A stretch of DNA of 64,000 bases from a virus. Position numbers and translations under genes: made by a program. Under the pieces are notes generated by a model. The model worked only from the letters and a program-made list of their open reading frames with translations. It had not been told where the DNA came from and searched no databases. This document shows, in pieces, positions 28,475 through 38,061 of the stretch. The stretch's first letter is position 1. Each line of letters starts with the position of its first letter. Location of the stretch: positions 14,025 through 78,024 of the IMG/VR virus record IMGVR_UViG_3300028569_000031; one strand, 5' to 3'.

Positions 28475-29269
28475 TTGGCTGTTAATCCTAACAATTTTTT
28501 AAAAGAATACCTTGATCCAATCAAAGAGTCAGGGGAAGGTACGTTTGCTTATAATCCGAACTTGGAGTACGAAGATACGGCAGGACTGTTCGGAAGCATT
28601 TTACAAAAAGCACAACAATTTGTTAATAGCGCGAATAAATTAGGAACCGATGTTTACAGTGGCGCTGGTAGAGCTTATGAAAATGTTGATAAGACAGTAT
28701 TTAAAGGGTCACTTCCCTATGGTTCAGATTATGTTAAACCAAGTAGAAGCATTCCGGCAATTTTCAACGATGTCTTAGATAAAGGATTAATTCCAGTTCC
28801 AACAACAGATAGAAACACCTGGGCAGCAGCCACTGGCGTCAAGGCCTACGCTGGTCCATTGGGTAAACCATTTAGAGTAATGGATAATCCAGATGCGGCA
28901 AAGTATAGGTATGAAACCCTTGGCTACGCTCAACCATCAAACAATGATATTAATTATGGATTAAGTACCACCGGAAAATATAGACAAGGGTATGAAAAAT
29001 TAAGGGATGAGCCTGCAAATATGGCAATTGGCCAATATTCAGCAACCCCAGATCGTTTTGGTTTTGTCAATGTAACAGATAATTACAATACAAACAACCC
29101 TCTTAGCTGGTATTTTAATAAAGTTGTTGAAGGTTCTCCAAGTGAGAAAGGTTTTTACGCAGTTGCCGGGGCGGGTAAGGCCTTGGAAAACATTGGGTGG
29201 TTAAATCAACGACCACTGGGTTCAAGTGTCCCCATGGGATTTGTGAATCCCACAAACCGAGACAACTGA
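28475..29269 (+). CDS. hypothetical protein, possibly virion cargo
   Basis: TATAAT promoter upstream, TTG start, N-terminal NFLKEYL. Confidence 0.55.
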   Translation: MAVNPNNFLKEYLDPIKESGEGTFAYNPNLEYEDTAGLFGSILQKAQQFVNSANKLGTDVYSGAGRAYENVDKTVFKGSLPYGSDYVKPSRSIPAIFNDVLDKGLIPVPTTDRNTWAAATGVKAYAGPLGKPFRVMDNPDAAKYRYETLGYAQPSNNDINYGLSTTGKYRQGYEKLRDEPANMAIGQYSATPDRFGFVNVTDNYNTNNPLSWYFNKVVEGSPSEKGFYAVAGAGKALENIGWLNQRPLGSSVPMGFVNPTNRDN

Positions 29270-29458
29270 AATCACAACTCCAAGTAAAATCCACGTTCCG
29301 TCCGCAAAAACATTGATTCTATGTCGTAACTCCGCATGGTTATTCTGTGTTTCATATGCTTTATTTAACTGATACATATCAGTAAGCCCCCAGTAAGATG
29401 ACACGGTGGCTGCACCAAGACCAAATATAAAGGAACAAGAAAGAAAAAAGTTTTTCAT
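29222..29458 (-). CDS. small two-TM membrane protein
   Basis: two hydrophobic segments. Confidence 0.55.
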   Translation of the reverse strand: MKNFFLSCSFIFGLGAATVSSYWGLTDMYQLNKAYETQNNHAELRHRINVFADGTWILLGVVISVVSVCGIHKSHGDT

Positions 29459-29590
29459 ATGCCTTGTGAAAATTTGAGAAGGTTTGTGGATAGGATTGAG
29501 ATTAGATCTAAGCAGTTTAACGTCATGTTTAGGACGATTATTTAAAATAAAAACAAAACACTTGTTACAATTGATTTAACAGTTGCTTGC

Positions 29591-29848
29591 GTGGTCATGC
29601 CTAACTGGCTCTGGCGTTCAATACTTGCTACAGCGGCTTCAATCATGTTGCTTACTGTCGCTCAGTGGGGGGCCTGTAGATTTTATGTTTTTCCAACAGC
29701 ATGGCCTTGGTACGCTAAGTATGTAGGCACTCCTGAAGGTAAAGCTATCGAAGCTCAACCAACCTGTGCAGACAGTGATAGCAGAGCCATAACATCTATG
29801 ATGGCTGTGTTAACAACATTAATAAGCCTTAGTCGTAAGGCTGATTAA
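29591..29848 (+). CDS. small membrane protein
   Basis: two hydrophobic segments; TACAAT upstream. Confidence 0.55.
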   Translation: MVMPNWLWRSILATAASIMLLTVAQWGACRFYVFPTAWPWYAKYVGTPEGKAIEAQPTCADSDSRAITSMMAVLTTLISLSRKAD

Positions 29849-29868
29849 CTCAATTTAATAAGCATGCA

Positions 29869-30051
29869 ATGAAAGTTAAAACCCGTGTAGTTCTTGAAGA
29901 TGCTATAGATAGGGGTATTCGAGATGGTTATCGTCGTGCCCATAAACACGTTGAAAATCCAGAAGAAGACTCAATTCACCTGGCAATAGAAGACGCTATC
30001 TGGCATGAACTTGATAAAGTTTTTTGTTTTGATGATGAATACACTACTTAA
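29869..30051 (+). CDS. hypothetical phage protein
   Basis: GYRRAHKHVENP motif typical of cyanophage small ORFs. Confidence 0.65.
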   Translation: MKVKTRVVLEDAIDRGIRDGYRRAHKHVENPEEDSIHLAIEDAIWHELDKVFCFDDEYTT

Positions 30052-30056
30052 TGGTT

Positions 30057-30908
30057 TTATAAAACAGGCATTTCATACTCCTGAGTAACGTTTACATAAT
30101 GCTTCCAAATAACTTCTGAACTGTTACCTGCCCAGTTTGCAACTTGTGCTACCGGAATCTGAGCTTCAATCCACCGGCTAATTGCCGTATGCCGCAAGTC
30201 ATACGGTCTATACCTATTTTGAATAAGTTTTTCTTCATGCAACTCTTTCATTCGATCATAAAAATAACTTTGAAACGCATACCTATTCCAAGGGAAAATA
30301 TATTCACTAGTTTTTGATACGGCTTCCATGATTTCTTGGCACCTATTATTTAAAGGAACCCACCGTTTCCTATTTGTTTTTGTTGAATTTTTATACCCAT
30401 GAGTAAGAGTATAGTTACTATGTACAAGGATTTTATTTTCTTTTATATCTTCCCATTTAAGTGCACGCACTTCGCCAGTACGCATTGCGGTTTGCAACAT
30501 AAACTCAGAATAGAATGCCCAGTTAGCCCCGTTACGGGCTTGTTTTGATCCAAGTGCTTTCAGAACTAACTCTGTTTCTTGCCGTGGAATTACAATAATA
30601 TCTACATCTTCCTGCGGTGGTTTTGGCATTTTAAAACTAACAATTGGGTTCTTATCAATTAACCTAATATCTTCACTAGATGCCCAACGATATAACGATT
30701 TTATGTACATTGTTACACGCCGACTAGATTTAACAGGTTTTTGACTTAATATCCATGTTAATATTTTTCTTCCTTCATTCAAATCTGTAATTGGACATTT
30801 GTTTAACCAGTTACCCACCTGCCTGTAGTCTGCAACCAGACTGGTCGGACATAGTGCAATGGCTCTTTCAGTTTTGAATTGCTCCCAGGCTTCAAGTAGT
30901 GTTGTCAT
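30057..30908 (-). CDS. int: tyrosine recombinase/integrase
   Basis: TAMRTGEVRALKW, STKT, YDLRHTAIS, AGNS..IWKHY catalytic motifs; short, with no arm-binding domain. Confidence 0.9.
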   Translation of the reverse strand: MTTLLEAWEQFKTERAIALCPTSLVADYRQVGNWLNKCPITDLNEGRKILTWILSQKPVKSSRRVTMYIKSLYRWASSEDIRLIDKNPIVSFKMPKPPQEDVDIIVIPRQETELVLKALGSKQARNGANWAFYSEFMLQTAMRTGEVRALKWEDIKENKILVHSNYTLTHGYKNSTKTNRKRWVPLNNRCQEIMEAVSKTSEYIFPWNRYAFQSYFYDRMKELHEEKLIQNRYRPYDLRHTAISRWIEAQIPVAQVANWAGNSSEVIWKHYVNVTQEYEMPVL

Positions 30909-31025
30909 TGGTGGGAATTTTGTTGGCCTAGCTTAGCATAAAATCGGTTAATGTGCCAGGATGGCTTCGGTTTCCTACACCACAGGGGCTAAGAAGGCTT
31001 ACAATGATTAAAAACCTGAAGCATA

Positions 31026-31592
31026 ATGTTTCTTTTAAACGGTAAGCCTATATCTCCAGATTCTCCGTTTGTGACGCCGGATGGGACCCAGTACCCTTCA
31101 AACTGGATCCGATTTGCTTCCCCTGAAGACCGAAAAGCAATTGGAATTACTGAAGTTCCTGATCCCCCTTACTATGATCAACGGTTTTATTGGGCACCAG
31201 GAATACCTAAAGACCACGACCAGTTGGTTACTCAGTGGGTGGATCAAACCAGGCAGACTGCTAATACTTTAATTAGCCCTACGGATTGGATGATTGTGCG
31301 TTCTGTTGATAACGGGAAAGAAACAGATCCAGTCATTAAAACCTGGAGAGAAAACATACGTACTACATCAGGTCTTAAGGTTTCAAAAATTAAAGCTACA
31401 AAAACAACAAATGATTTAGCTAATTTTGTTACTTCACCTGAGTATTCTTCCTGGCCTGTGCAGGGTGCTAGTGACAACTTAGTTACGTCAGATACAGTGA
31501 TTGATTCTGGTACAACGGATTACGTTACCAATTCTGGTGGTATAGATTATCTTTCATTTAATTCAGGCACAACGACTTCTGGTATAGTTTAG
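31026..31592 (+). CDS. tail fibre assembly/partner protein
   Basis: DGTQYPSNW..AIGITEV..YDQRFYW..TDWMIVR..WRENIR. Confidence 0.75.
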   Translation: MFLLNGKPISPDSPFVTPDGTQYPSNWIRFASPEDRKAIGITEVPDPPYYDQRFYWAPGIPKDHDQLVTQWVDQTRQTANTLISPTDWMIVRSVDNGKETDPVIKTWRENIRTTSGLKVSKIKATKTTNDLANFVTSPEYSSWPVQGASDNLVTSDTVIDSGTTDYVTNSGGIDYLSFNSGTTTSGIV

Positions 31593-31612
31593 TATTAACA
31601 CTTGCCACCATT

Positions 31613-32863
31613 GTGAAAACATCTGTACAAGGATTAAAATTAATAAAAGGATTTGAAGGCCTCAGGCTTACTGCTTATTACGACGTGGTTGGCGTGTTGA
31701 CAATAGGATATGGTCACACAGGAGATGACGTATACGTTGGCCAAACTATTACAGAACAACAGGCTGAACAATTACTTCAAAAAGATTTAGACTTTTTTGA
31801 ACAATCAGTAAGTAAATTAATTTCAATAAATTTAAATCAGAATCAATTCGATGCACTTGTAAGTTTTACTTATAATGTTGGAGCTGGTGCGTTAGGTGAA
31901 TCTACTCTACGCAAACGTTTGAATAGCGGAGAGAACACCAATATTGCAGCAACACAGGAATTAGTAAAGTGGACAAAAGGCGGTGATGGTCAGAGTATAG
32001 CTGGTTTAATAAGACGCCGAACAGAAGAAATTAAGTTATTCTGTGCTGTTAATAACCAGAAAGAAGAAATAACCACCATTAGTGTTACCTCTCTTCAGCA
32101 AACTTGGTTTAAGAAAGAGCCTAAGCATGCAGACAAACTTGCTAATGACAGTAAAGCAAAGGTTTATCAGGGACGGACTTACCCAGGTAATCAAGTTTTA
32201 GAAAAAAAAGATAAACATACTTTGCTTGAAATGGGAAACAAAATGGGCAGATGGTGGATTTATGATGATCATTGGAGTGGACTAACACCGAAGATACATC
32301 CTTATGCACAGGATGGAGATTTACGTTATCTACGTAACTTTCCTTTCTTTGATCAAAAAGATAACGGCCCCGAGGGCTGGCGCCAATGTCAGACAAGCTC
32401 AATTGCAATGTGTTTAAAATACACTAACGTAAAAGAAATAAAAGATGATACAGATTATTTAAAAGTTGTTGAACGCTTTGGTGATACGACCACTAGGGAT
32501 GCTCATTATAAAGCGTTAGAATCTCTTAACGTATCTGCAAAATTTTATACAAACTTAGAAGAACAAGATATTAAAGATCAGATTGATAAAGGTAAGCCCG
32601 TGGCTGTTGGTATACTTCATCACGGCATGATAGACGCCCCACGTGGAGGTGGACATTTCATAACCATCTCTGGATATAGTAGCAGTTACTGGCTGGTTCA
32701 GGACCCTTATGGGGACCTAGACTTAGTTAATGGAGTATGGGAGAACCAGTCACCTGGTGCAGGTAAAAACAGGCACTATAGTTTTAAAAACTTAAATCCA
32801 CGTTTGTTTTACGGCGGCTGTGCTAATGGCTGGGGTTGGATCATTAAGGGAAGTAAGGGGTAA
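31613..32863 (+). CDS. endolysin: GH24 lysozyme plus C39-like peptidase
   Basis: IKGFEGLRLTAYYD..TIGYGH, QFDALVSF; QCQTSSIAM, GGHF, QDPYG. Confidence 0.88.
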   Translation: MKTSVQGLKLIKGFEGLRLTAYYDVVGVLTIGYGHTGDDVYVGQTITEQQAEQLLQKDLDFFEQSVSKLISINLNQNQFDALVSFTYNVGAGALGESTLRKRLNSGENTNIAATQELVKWTKGGDGQSIAGLIRRRTEEIKLFCAVNNQKEEITTISVTSLQQTWFKKEPKHADKLANDSKAKVYQGRTYPGNQVLEKKDKHTLLEMGNKMGRWWIYDDHWSGLTPKIHPYAQDGDLRYLRNFPFFDQKDNGPEGWRQCQTSSIAMCLKYTNVKEIKDDTDYLKVVERFGDTTTRDAHYKALESLNVSAKFYTNLEEQDIKDQIDKGKPVAVGILHHGMIDAPRGGGHFITISGYSSSYWLVQDPYGDLDLVNGVWENQSPGAGKNRHYSFKNLNPRLFYGGCANGWGWIIKGSKG

Positions 32864-32914
32864 CCTTGCGTTTAAATAAAAATCTGTTAATATTTAAAGA
32901 GTTATCTTAGGCTG

Positions 32915-33133
32915 ATGATTGAAAACGTATTAGAACTGGAAAAAGGATTGCAAGAGCAACTAAAGTCTTTAACATCAGAAATTAGGACAGCAGAGGCCAA
33001 TTTAATTTCTAGCAAAGAAGGCTATCTAAAAGTCCAGGGAGCTTTAGAAGTTCTTAATATTTTAAAGCAACAGTTAGAAGAAAAGGCCAATAAACAAATC
33101 TTGGAAGCGTGTCAAATCATGAGTCCAGATTAG
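32915..33133 (+). CDS. small coiled-coil protein
   Basis: heptad pattern; LKVQGALEVL. Confidence 0.6.
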   Translation: MIENVLELEKGLQEQLKSLTSEIRTAEANLISSKEGYLKVQGALEVLNILKQQLEEKANKQILEACQIMSPD

Positions 33134-33229
33134 CTGCACGTGTGTGGTTTACATTGAACCATGTATTTTATTGTTAGTAAGTATACAGATGTATGCGCCA
33201 TATCTTTTATTTAGAAGCATGAGCTCACC

Positions 33230-33640
33230 GTGTTTCACACTGAGAATGAACTCTTAGCTGAACTAATTGTTCTCACTCCAAAACTTGCTCGAAAAAAATT
33301 CCGTCAAAGTATTTTTGAGGCGTGGAAGTGGAACTGCGCTTATTGTGAAAAACAACTTTGTCATAATACCGCTACAATTGATCACATTGTTCCAAAACAT
33401 AAAGGTGGTCACAACACAAGAAATAATCTCGCTTGTTGTTGCGGTTTTTGTAACTCATCTAAAGGATCTCAAAAACTTGACTTATGGTATACAGACGGTA
33501 ACCCTAAATACACTAAAGAAAGGGCTGATAAGATTAAAGAATGGACAGAGCAGAAACCAAAGTCCTTAAACCTAGCCGCTGCTCATCAGGCTATTCCGTA
33601 TATTTGTGAGGATGCATATGTTGGATGGATCGCAACCTGA
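33230..33640 (+). CDS. HNH endonuclease
   Basis: CAYC..TIDHIVPKHKGG..NL..C..CN..KG. Confidence 0.9.
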   Translation: MFHTENELLAELIVLTPKLARKKFRQSIFEAWKWNCAYCEKQLCHNTATIDHIVPKHKGGHNTRNNLACCCGFCNSSKGSQKLDLWYTDGNPKYTKERADKIKEWTEQKPKSLNLAAAHQAIPYICEDAYVGWIAT

Positions 33641-33656
33641 TAGACAACAAACAGCA

Positions 33657-33788
33657 ATGGTGCCATCTGAGTTTCTTGCTGGCTATGTTCAAAAATTAAA
33701 TTCTTACAGAAGGCCAGACCCTTTTGAAATTGCAGATAACGGCGCTGTGCCTCAGGATGTAGCAACTAATTTAGCCGGTCGAATGTAG
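33657..33788 (+). CDS. small hypothetical protein
   Basis: ATG 33657; contains EFLAGYV. Confidence 0.45.
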   Translation: MVPSEFLAGYVQKLNSYRRPDPFEIADNGAVPQDVATNLAGRM

Positions 33789-33790
33789 GT

Positions 33791-34063
33791 ATGGCAGACC
33801 ACGCTAAAGCTAAGCGTTTATCGAAAGAGCACATGAAGTGTAATAAACCACAACGTGCTCCAGCTGGCGATACCCATAAATGGGTTGTTAAGTCTTGTCA
33901 CGACGGGAAAGAGGCTATAGTGCGTTACGGGCGAAGGGGTTACGAAGACTACACCCAGCATGGAGATAAAGAACGCAGGAAAAATTTTAGGGCTAGAATG
34001 GGATGTGATAAACCCACGGATAAAAATACGCCTAAATACTGGGCGTGCTCACACCTTTGGTAA
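33791..34063 (+). CDS. conserved small basic phage protein
   Basis: RRKNFRARMGC..TPKYWACSHLW. Confidence 0.7.
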   Translation: MADHAKAKRLSKEHMKCNKPQRAPAGDTHKWVVKSCHDGKEAIVRYGRRGYEDYTQHGDKERRKNFRARMGCDKPTDKNTPKYWACSHLW

Positions 34064-34068
34064 TTTAA

Positions 34069-34539
34069 ATGGTAAAAGACCTAACCGATAAAAAAACTTC
34101 TTGCTACTGCCTTCTAGTGCAGTGCTTAAGGGATTCCGTAAATGTTTACCACCAAACTCAACTTGTCCATTGGGGACTAATGGGAGGTAAATTTTATGAA
34201 ATCCATCTGTTGACAGAAAAAATATACCGTGAAATGGAGGAAGGCATAGATACAATTGCTGAACATATCCGTTCTTTAGGTATTGCCACACCTAAGACCG
34301 TAATGGATTTAACATATTCAAATATGCCTGAGTTACCGTTTGAAGATTGTTTTAGCCAGGACAAAATTATTCTCCAAATAGCCGCAAACCACGACACACT
34401 TGCTTGCAATTTCAATGATTTGATTACTGAATCAAACCTCATTGGAGATCAGTTGACCTTAGATCTTGGAGTTGAACGGGCTAGGGTGCATAAAAAAAAT
34501 CAATGGCTGCTAAAATCCAATTTAGATTACAAAAAATAA
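34069..34539 (+). CDS. dps: Dps/ferritin-like protein
   Basis: HW.LMG..FYEIH..E.Y..ID.IAEHIRSLG; HKKNQWLL. Confidence 0.88.
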   Translation: MVKDLTDKKTSCYCLLVQCLRDSVNVYHQTQLVHWGLMGGKFYEIHLLTEKIYREMEEGIDTIAEHIRSLGIATPKTVMDLTYSNMPELPFEDCFSQDKIILQIAANHDTLACNFNDLITESNLIGDQLTLDLGVERARVHKKNQWLLKSNLDYKK

Positions 34540-34542
34540 ATC

Positions 34543-34899
34543 ATGAGCTTTGATCCTAGTTTTATTGATAGCGTATTTTTTAACTCAGGAGCACTTTCGG
34601 CAGCAGGTGCAACAGCAACCTTTCAAGTTGCAGAGCAGAATATATCATCTTTAACTGACTTTTTAATTCAAGTCACTGCCGCATCAATCCCCGCTGGTGG
34701 TAATGTTGTTTTTAAAATAGAAGGCAGTTTAGATGGAACAAATTACTTTAATTTAAATACGGCAGGCAATACTACTGTTGCCAGTAATGGCACAACTTTT
34801 GTAACTTACTCTAATATGCCATTAAAGTATATCCGTTGTAATTTAGTTTCATTTTCATCAGGCTCGCCAACCGCTTCTTTTGTTATTGGCGCTAAATAA
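34543..34899 (+). CDS. small beta-rich structural protein
   Basis: IEGSLDGTNYF; paralog of next gene. Confidence 0.6.
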   Translation: MSFDPSFIDSVFFNSGALSAAGATATFQVAEQNISSLTDFLIQVTAASIPAGGNVVFKIEGSLDGTNYFNLNTAGNTTVASNGTTFVTYSNMPLKYIRCNLVSFSSGSPTASFVIGAK

Positions 34900-34902
34900 G
34901 TC

Positions 34903-35247
34903 ATGAGTTATTTCGAGGGTTATCAGCAAACAGTATTTTTTGATTTCCCAGAACTGTCCGCCCCCGGTATTACTGATGCTGTTGATGTTTATATTACAAA
35001 CTATTTATCCACACGTAACTATACATTTATTGTTATAGTTGCAAATGTAAATAACCACGTTGATGTTAATTTAGAGGGTAGTCTTGACGGTATAAATTTC
35101 GGTGTAATGCGTACTGAAAAAATCACCGCAAATGGTACCTATGCATATAATGTCAGTGGGTTCCCGGTAAAAAAAATACGTGCTAATTTTTTCCATGAGT
35201 CCGGCGGTAGTTCTGCAACAGTTAAATTTAATATTGCCGCCAATTAA
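34903..35247 (+). CDS. small beta-rich structural protein
   Basis: LEGSLDGINF; paralog of previous gene. Confidence 0.6.
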   Translation: MSYFEGYQQTVFFDFPELSAPGITDAVDVYITNYLSTRNYTFIVIVANVNNHVDVNLEGSLDGINFGVMRTEKITANGTYAYNVSGFPVKKIRANFFHESGGSSATVKFNIAAN

Positions 35248-36137
35248 ATTAACGCCCAAGACCTGAACCATTTAGTAATTACATATTTATTGTTGCTTAC
35301 TGGTGGCAATGCTTCGTGAAGTGTTTTGTAATTAGGCATACCGTTTCTATATAGATTATTCCAAATAACAGCCGTTCCTTTTTCAGGTTTAACCTTTAGT
35401 TTTAGATGTTTAAAATAAGTTTCTCCACCTTCTTCTACATCGTTCAAATAACACATAACAGTCCAGGTTCTTTGTCCCATCCATTCTGTATATATAGAAA
35501 ACTCTTTTGTTCTGGGATGAAAGAAATCATGATGCTCCTTGTAATATTCACCGGGTAAATAGCTTTGCCCTTGCAGTGTTTCGCCGGTAAATGGTTCTAG
35601 ATCCATAAATTGACAGATTTTCCAATCCAACGCATTTAAAAATGGTGAATAAAAATAATGCAGATCAGTTGTCTTACTTGTTCTATAGTCAGACGTAACA
35701 GCTTGATCACTTGGATCAGCAACCGTAGAGGGTCTTGACCTTGCGTTAATTACTTCTATTAGTTGCTTGCACGTTGCTGACGATAAAAAATTCTTATGTA
35801 TAAAGAGCTGAGTAAAAGGAAAACTTATATCTTGTTTTATTTTTGTTATTGGTCGATTAGAAAATAAGTTATAATTAATTCTTTTTGGTTTCTTGTTGAA
35901 AGAACAAGCATTTATAAGCTCTTCAATATTTTTATCGGTATATTTATATTTTTCTTTAAAGTGACGAATCACCTGTGTTTTACTTACACCAGCAACAGCT
36001 GCCTTTATAAACTCAGCTGTTATGGTACTATTGATCACTGTGTACTGAGTGTAGGGTTGCTTAAAATATAGTAGTTTAAAAGCGGGTTTGCAAGTGTTTG
36101 CTATTATTCTTTTATCAGGATTAATCTTTGGAAGCAC
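35244..36137 (-). CDS. prolyl 4-hydroxylase-like 2OG-Fe(II) oxygenase
   Basis: RTS, HHD, YLNDVEEGGETYF, TLHEALP, KYVITKW; true start probably near 36039. Confidence 0.88.
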   Translation of the reverse strand: MLPKINPDKRIIANTCKPAFKLLYFKQPYTQYTVINSTITAEFIKAAVAGVSKTQVIRHFKEKYKYTDKNIEELINACSFNKKPKRINYNLFSNRPITKIKQDISFPFTQLFIHKNFLSSATCKQLIEVINARSRPSTVADPSDQAVTSDYRTSKTTDLHYFYSPFLNALDWKICQFMDLEPFTGETLQGQSYLPGEYYKEHHDFFHPRTKEFSIYTEWMGQRTWTVMCYLNDVEEGGETYFKHLKLKVKPEKGTAVIWNNLYRNGMPNYKTLHEALPPVSNNKYVITKWFRSWALI

Positions 36138-36322
36138 CTACGCTTTAGGCACAATATGTCTAAACAAGCAATGGAGCAAAAATGGATTACGTTCTTGCCA
36201 AACAAGTATGGAACGCCTTGGTAAATGTAAAACGTTAACAAGGGTCAACTCTGGTTTATCCTAGAGAACAAGCGACAAAGCAACTTAGAACTGCTAAAAT
36301 AACAGTATAAGTTGGAAAGCCG

Positions 36323-36544
36323 ATGGACACTCACGCCTTAGAGCTACCAGTGGATGCACAGTTTGCTTTACATGCTGCTGCGCTAAGCTTAAAACAACTT
36401 GACAGAGATGAACTAGAAGAAGCGTTTATCGACATGCTCCATCAAAAAATGATGGACAAACAGTTGTTCTTTGGTATCATGAAAGAACACGGCATAGACG
36501 CTGAAATTAAGTTTAACTACCTGACAAAAAGCCAACTCTCCTAA
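36323..36544 (+). CDS. nblA: NblA-like phycobilisome degradation adaptor
   Basis: LPVDAQFAL..LKQLDRDELEEAFIDMLHQKM fits the NblA helix-loop-helix pattern; own TAAAAT promoter. Confidence 0.7.
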   Translation: MDTHALELPVDAQFALHAAALSLKQLDRDELEEAFIDMLHQKMMDKQLFFGIMKEHGIDAEIKFNYLTKSQLS

Positions 36545-36549
36545 TTACC

Positions 36550-36936
36550 ATGCCTACCAGAACAATCAAAGGGACCATTGACAACTTTTTTGTTAATGCT
36601 GGAAGTGAAGTTACTTACCAAGGAACAACGTCCGCATCCTCAACCCCTGGCCTGAACATTAGGGGCTTTCGCGTTGACCCAGCCAGTACTGGTAGTCTAA
36701 TAGTTACGTTAGACAGAAGTAATGGTGTCAATACCATGGAAATTTTTCAAGAGGACGTTTACAACGGCTCTACTGCACCAGCAGGGTACAAAACTTTTGC
36801 TAACATAGCAAAGGATGGTCGCAGTAAAGGCGTAGTTGCTGTTACCGTAACAGATGCAACCAAAAACTACATTGTCCTCCTGGAGCTAGATGGGTATTCA
36901 GAAGTCACTTACAACGGCAGCGTTGTTGTCCCATAA
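36550..36936 (+). CDS. hypothetical beta-rich protein
   Basis: T/V/G-rich ORF. Confidence 0.55.
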   Translation: MPTRTIKGTIDNFFVNAGSEVTYQGTTSASSTPGLNIRGFRVDPASTGSLIVTLDRSNGVNTMEIFQEDVYNGSTAPAGYKTFANIAKDGRSKGVVAVTVTDATKNYIVLLELDGYSEVTYNGSVVVP

Positions 36937-37636
36937 GGAAACTTTACCTTTATTTTTGAATCAAGACGGAATAAAATTAATACAATTATATACAACGCCA
37001 AGAATTTACTTAGGTTCTGGACGCTTTGGTTGCTATAAAGAAGAAGGAGCTGATCACTACAAAATTGGTTATGGCAGTGAAAAAATTAAAAAACATGCAG
37101 TTAATTGGCACACTAAATCTACAGTAAAAGAAATTAACAACCAATTAATAGAAGACCTTAAACCCTTTGCTGAAAAGGTGCAGGCCTATGTACTTGTAAG
37201 TTTAAATAATAAAAAAAGAGCCGCACTATTAAGCTATGCTCATAGCATAGGCCTAGCTGCTTTTAAAGAATCTTATTTACTTGAGTTAATAAACTCTTAC
37301 GCCAGTAAGAAGTTGATTATTAAGGAGTGGAGTCCACTGATAAATTCAATTTATTTTGGCGCTGATAATAAGTTAAAAGAACGCCGCCGCGTTGAACTAA
37401 ACATGTACATGGCACCTGATAAAGAAGTGCCATTATTTTTTGAACATAAATGCAAACTTAATCAATGCCTTCTAAACATAGGAGAAAGTTATCTAGGTAC
37501 GCCAAATCAAGTAAAAGCAATTGAATATTTAGAACGCAAATTACTTGAATTTGATCCCTCCCAAGAAACTTTGCGGCGTTTTTGGCGTTATTGGAATCAA
37601 GAACAGGGTTGCCTTGGCTCTAATAAAACTATTTAA
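36890..37636 (+). CDS. degenerate GH24 lysozyme-like protein
   Basis: GIKLI..IGYG..LN...RAALLSYA..LKERRRVE, but the catalytic FEG is replaced by YTT. Confidence 0.65.
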   Translation: MGIQKSLTTAALLSHKETLPLFLNQDGIKLIQLYTTPRIYLGSGRFGCYKEEGADHYKIGYGSEKIKKHAVNWHTKSTVKEINNQLIEDLKPFAEKVQAYVLVSLNNKKRAALLSYAHSIGLAAFKESYLLELINSYASKKLIIKEWSPLINSIYFGADNKLKERRRVELNMYMAPDKEVPLFFEHKCKLNQCLLNIGESYLGTPNQVKAIEYLERKLLEFDPSQETLRRFWRYWNQEQGCLGSNKTI

Positions 37637-38031
37637 TTATTTTCATGAGAAGCAATAAGCCTATCTAAATACCACCGGCTTTTTTTTAAATCTTCTAAAG
37701 TATTGTTTTTATGGTCGGCACGCCACACATACTTTATTACATTGCCTTGACAGTAGCCACGAAATTTTTCAGTTCCTAGTGCCGCTTTAATTGCTTCTAT
37801 GCATTCTATATCTTCATTTTTTGTATAATGCACTGGCGCGTAAACGTTATCCGAAACGCCTTCGCTTAACTTATTTGAAATTAAGTTAGGCGTAGAAAAA
37901 ATATTTTTAGTTTCTGTCTCCCAGTTGTCGTCTGCATACCAATCAAAACTACCAGTGGGGAAATTACAGCCTGGGTTGGCAGAGTTAAAAGAGATGGTAT
38001 CCTCACCTGGGGTAGACTGAAAAGTAATCAC
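37633..38031 (-). CDS. DUF3310 (T7 gp1.7-like) protein
   Basis: PVHY..IECIEAI..YCQGNVIKYVWR..EDLKKSRWYL. Confidence 0.85.
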   Translation of the reverse strand: MITFQSTPGEDTISFNSANPGCNFPTGSFDWYADDNWETETKNIFSTPNLISNKLSEGVSDNVYAPVHYTKNEDIECIEAIKAALGTEKFRGYCQGNVIKYVWRADHKNNTLEDLKKSRWYLDRLIASHENN

Positions 38032-38061
38032 GGCAGTAAGTGCATCTGCCCAAATACTAGC

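Larger units (their letters stand above)
25438..30960. mobile_element. candidate recombinase-associated accessory island / cassette array
   Basis: separates the fibre gene from its partner gene at 31026; tyrosine recombinase at right end; GTGCCAGG at 25438-25445 and 30953-30960. Confidence 0.5.

Noticed and set aside
30057-30908. Recombinase as proof of lysogeny
   Set aside because: No CI-like repressor, excisionase, tRNA-like attP or host flank is visible; other roles fit equally well.
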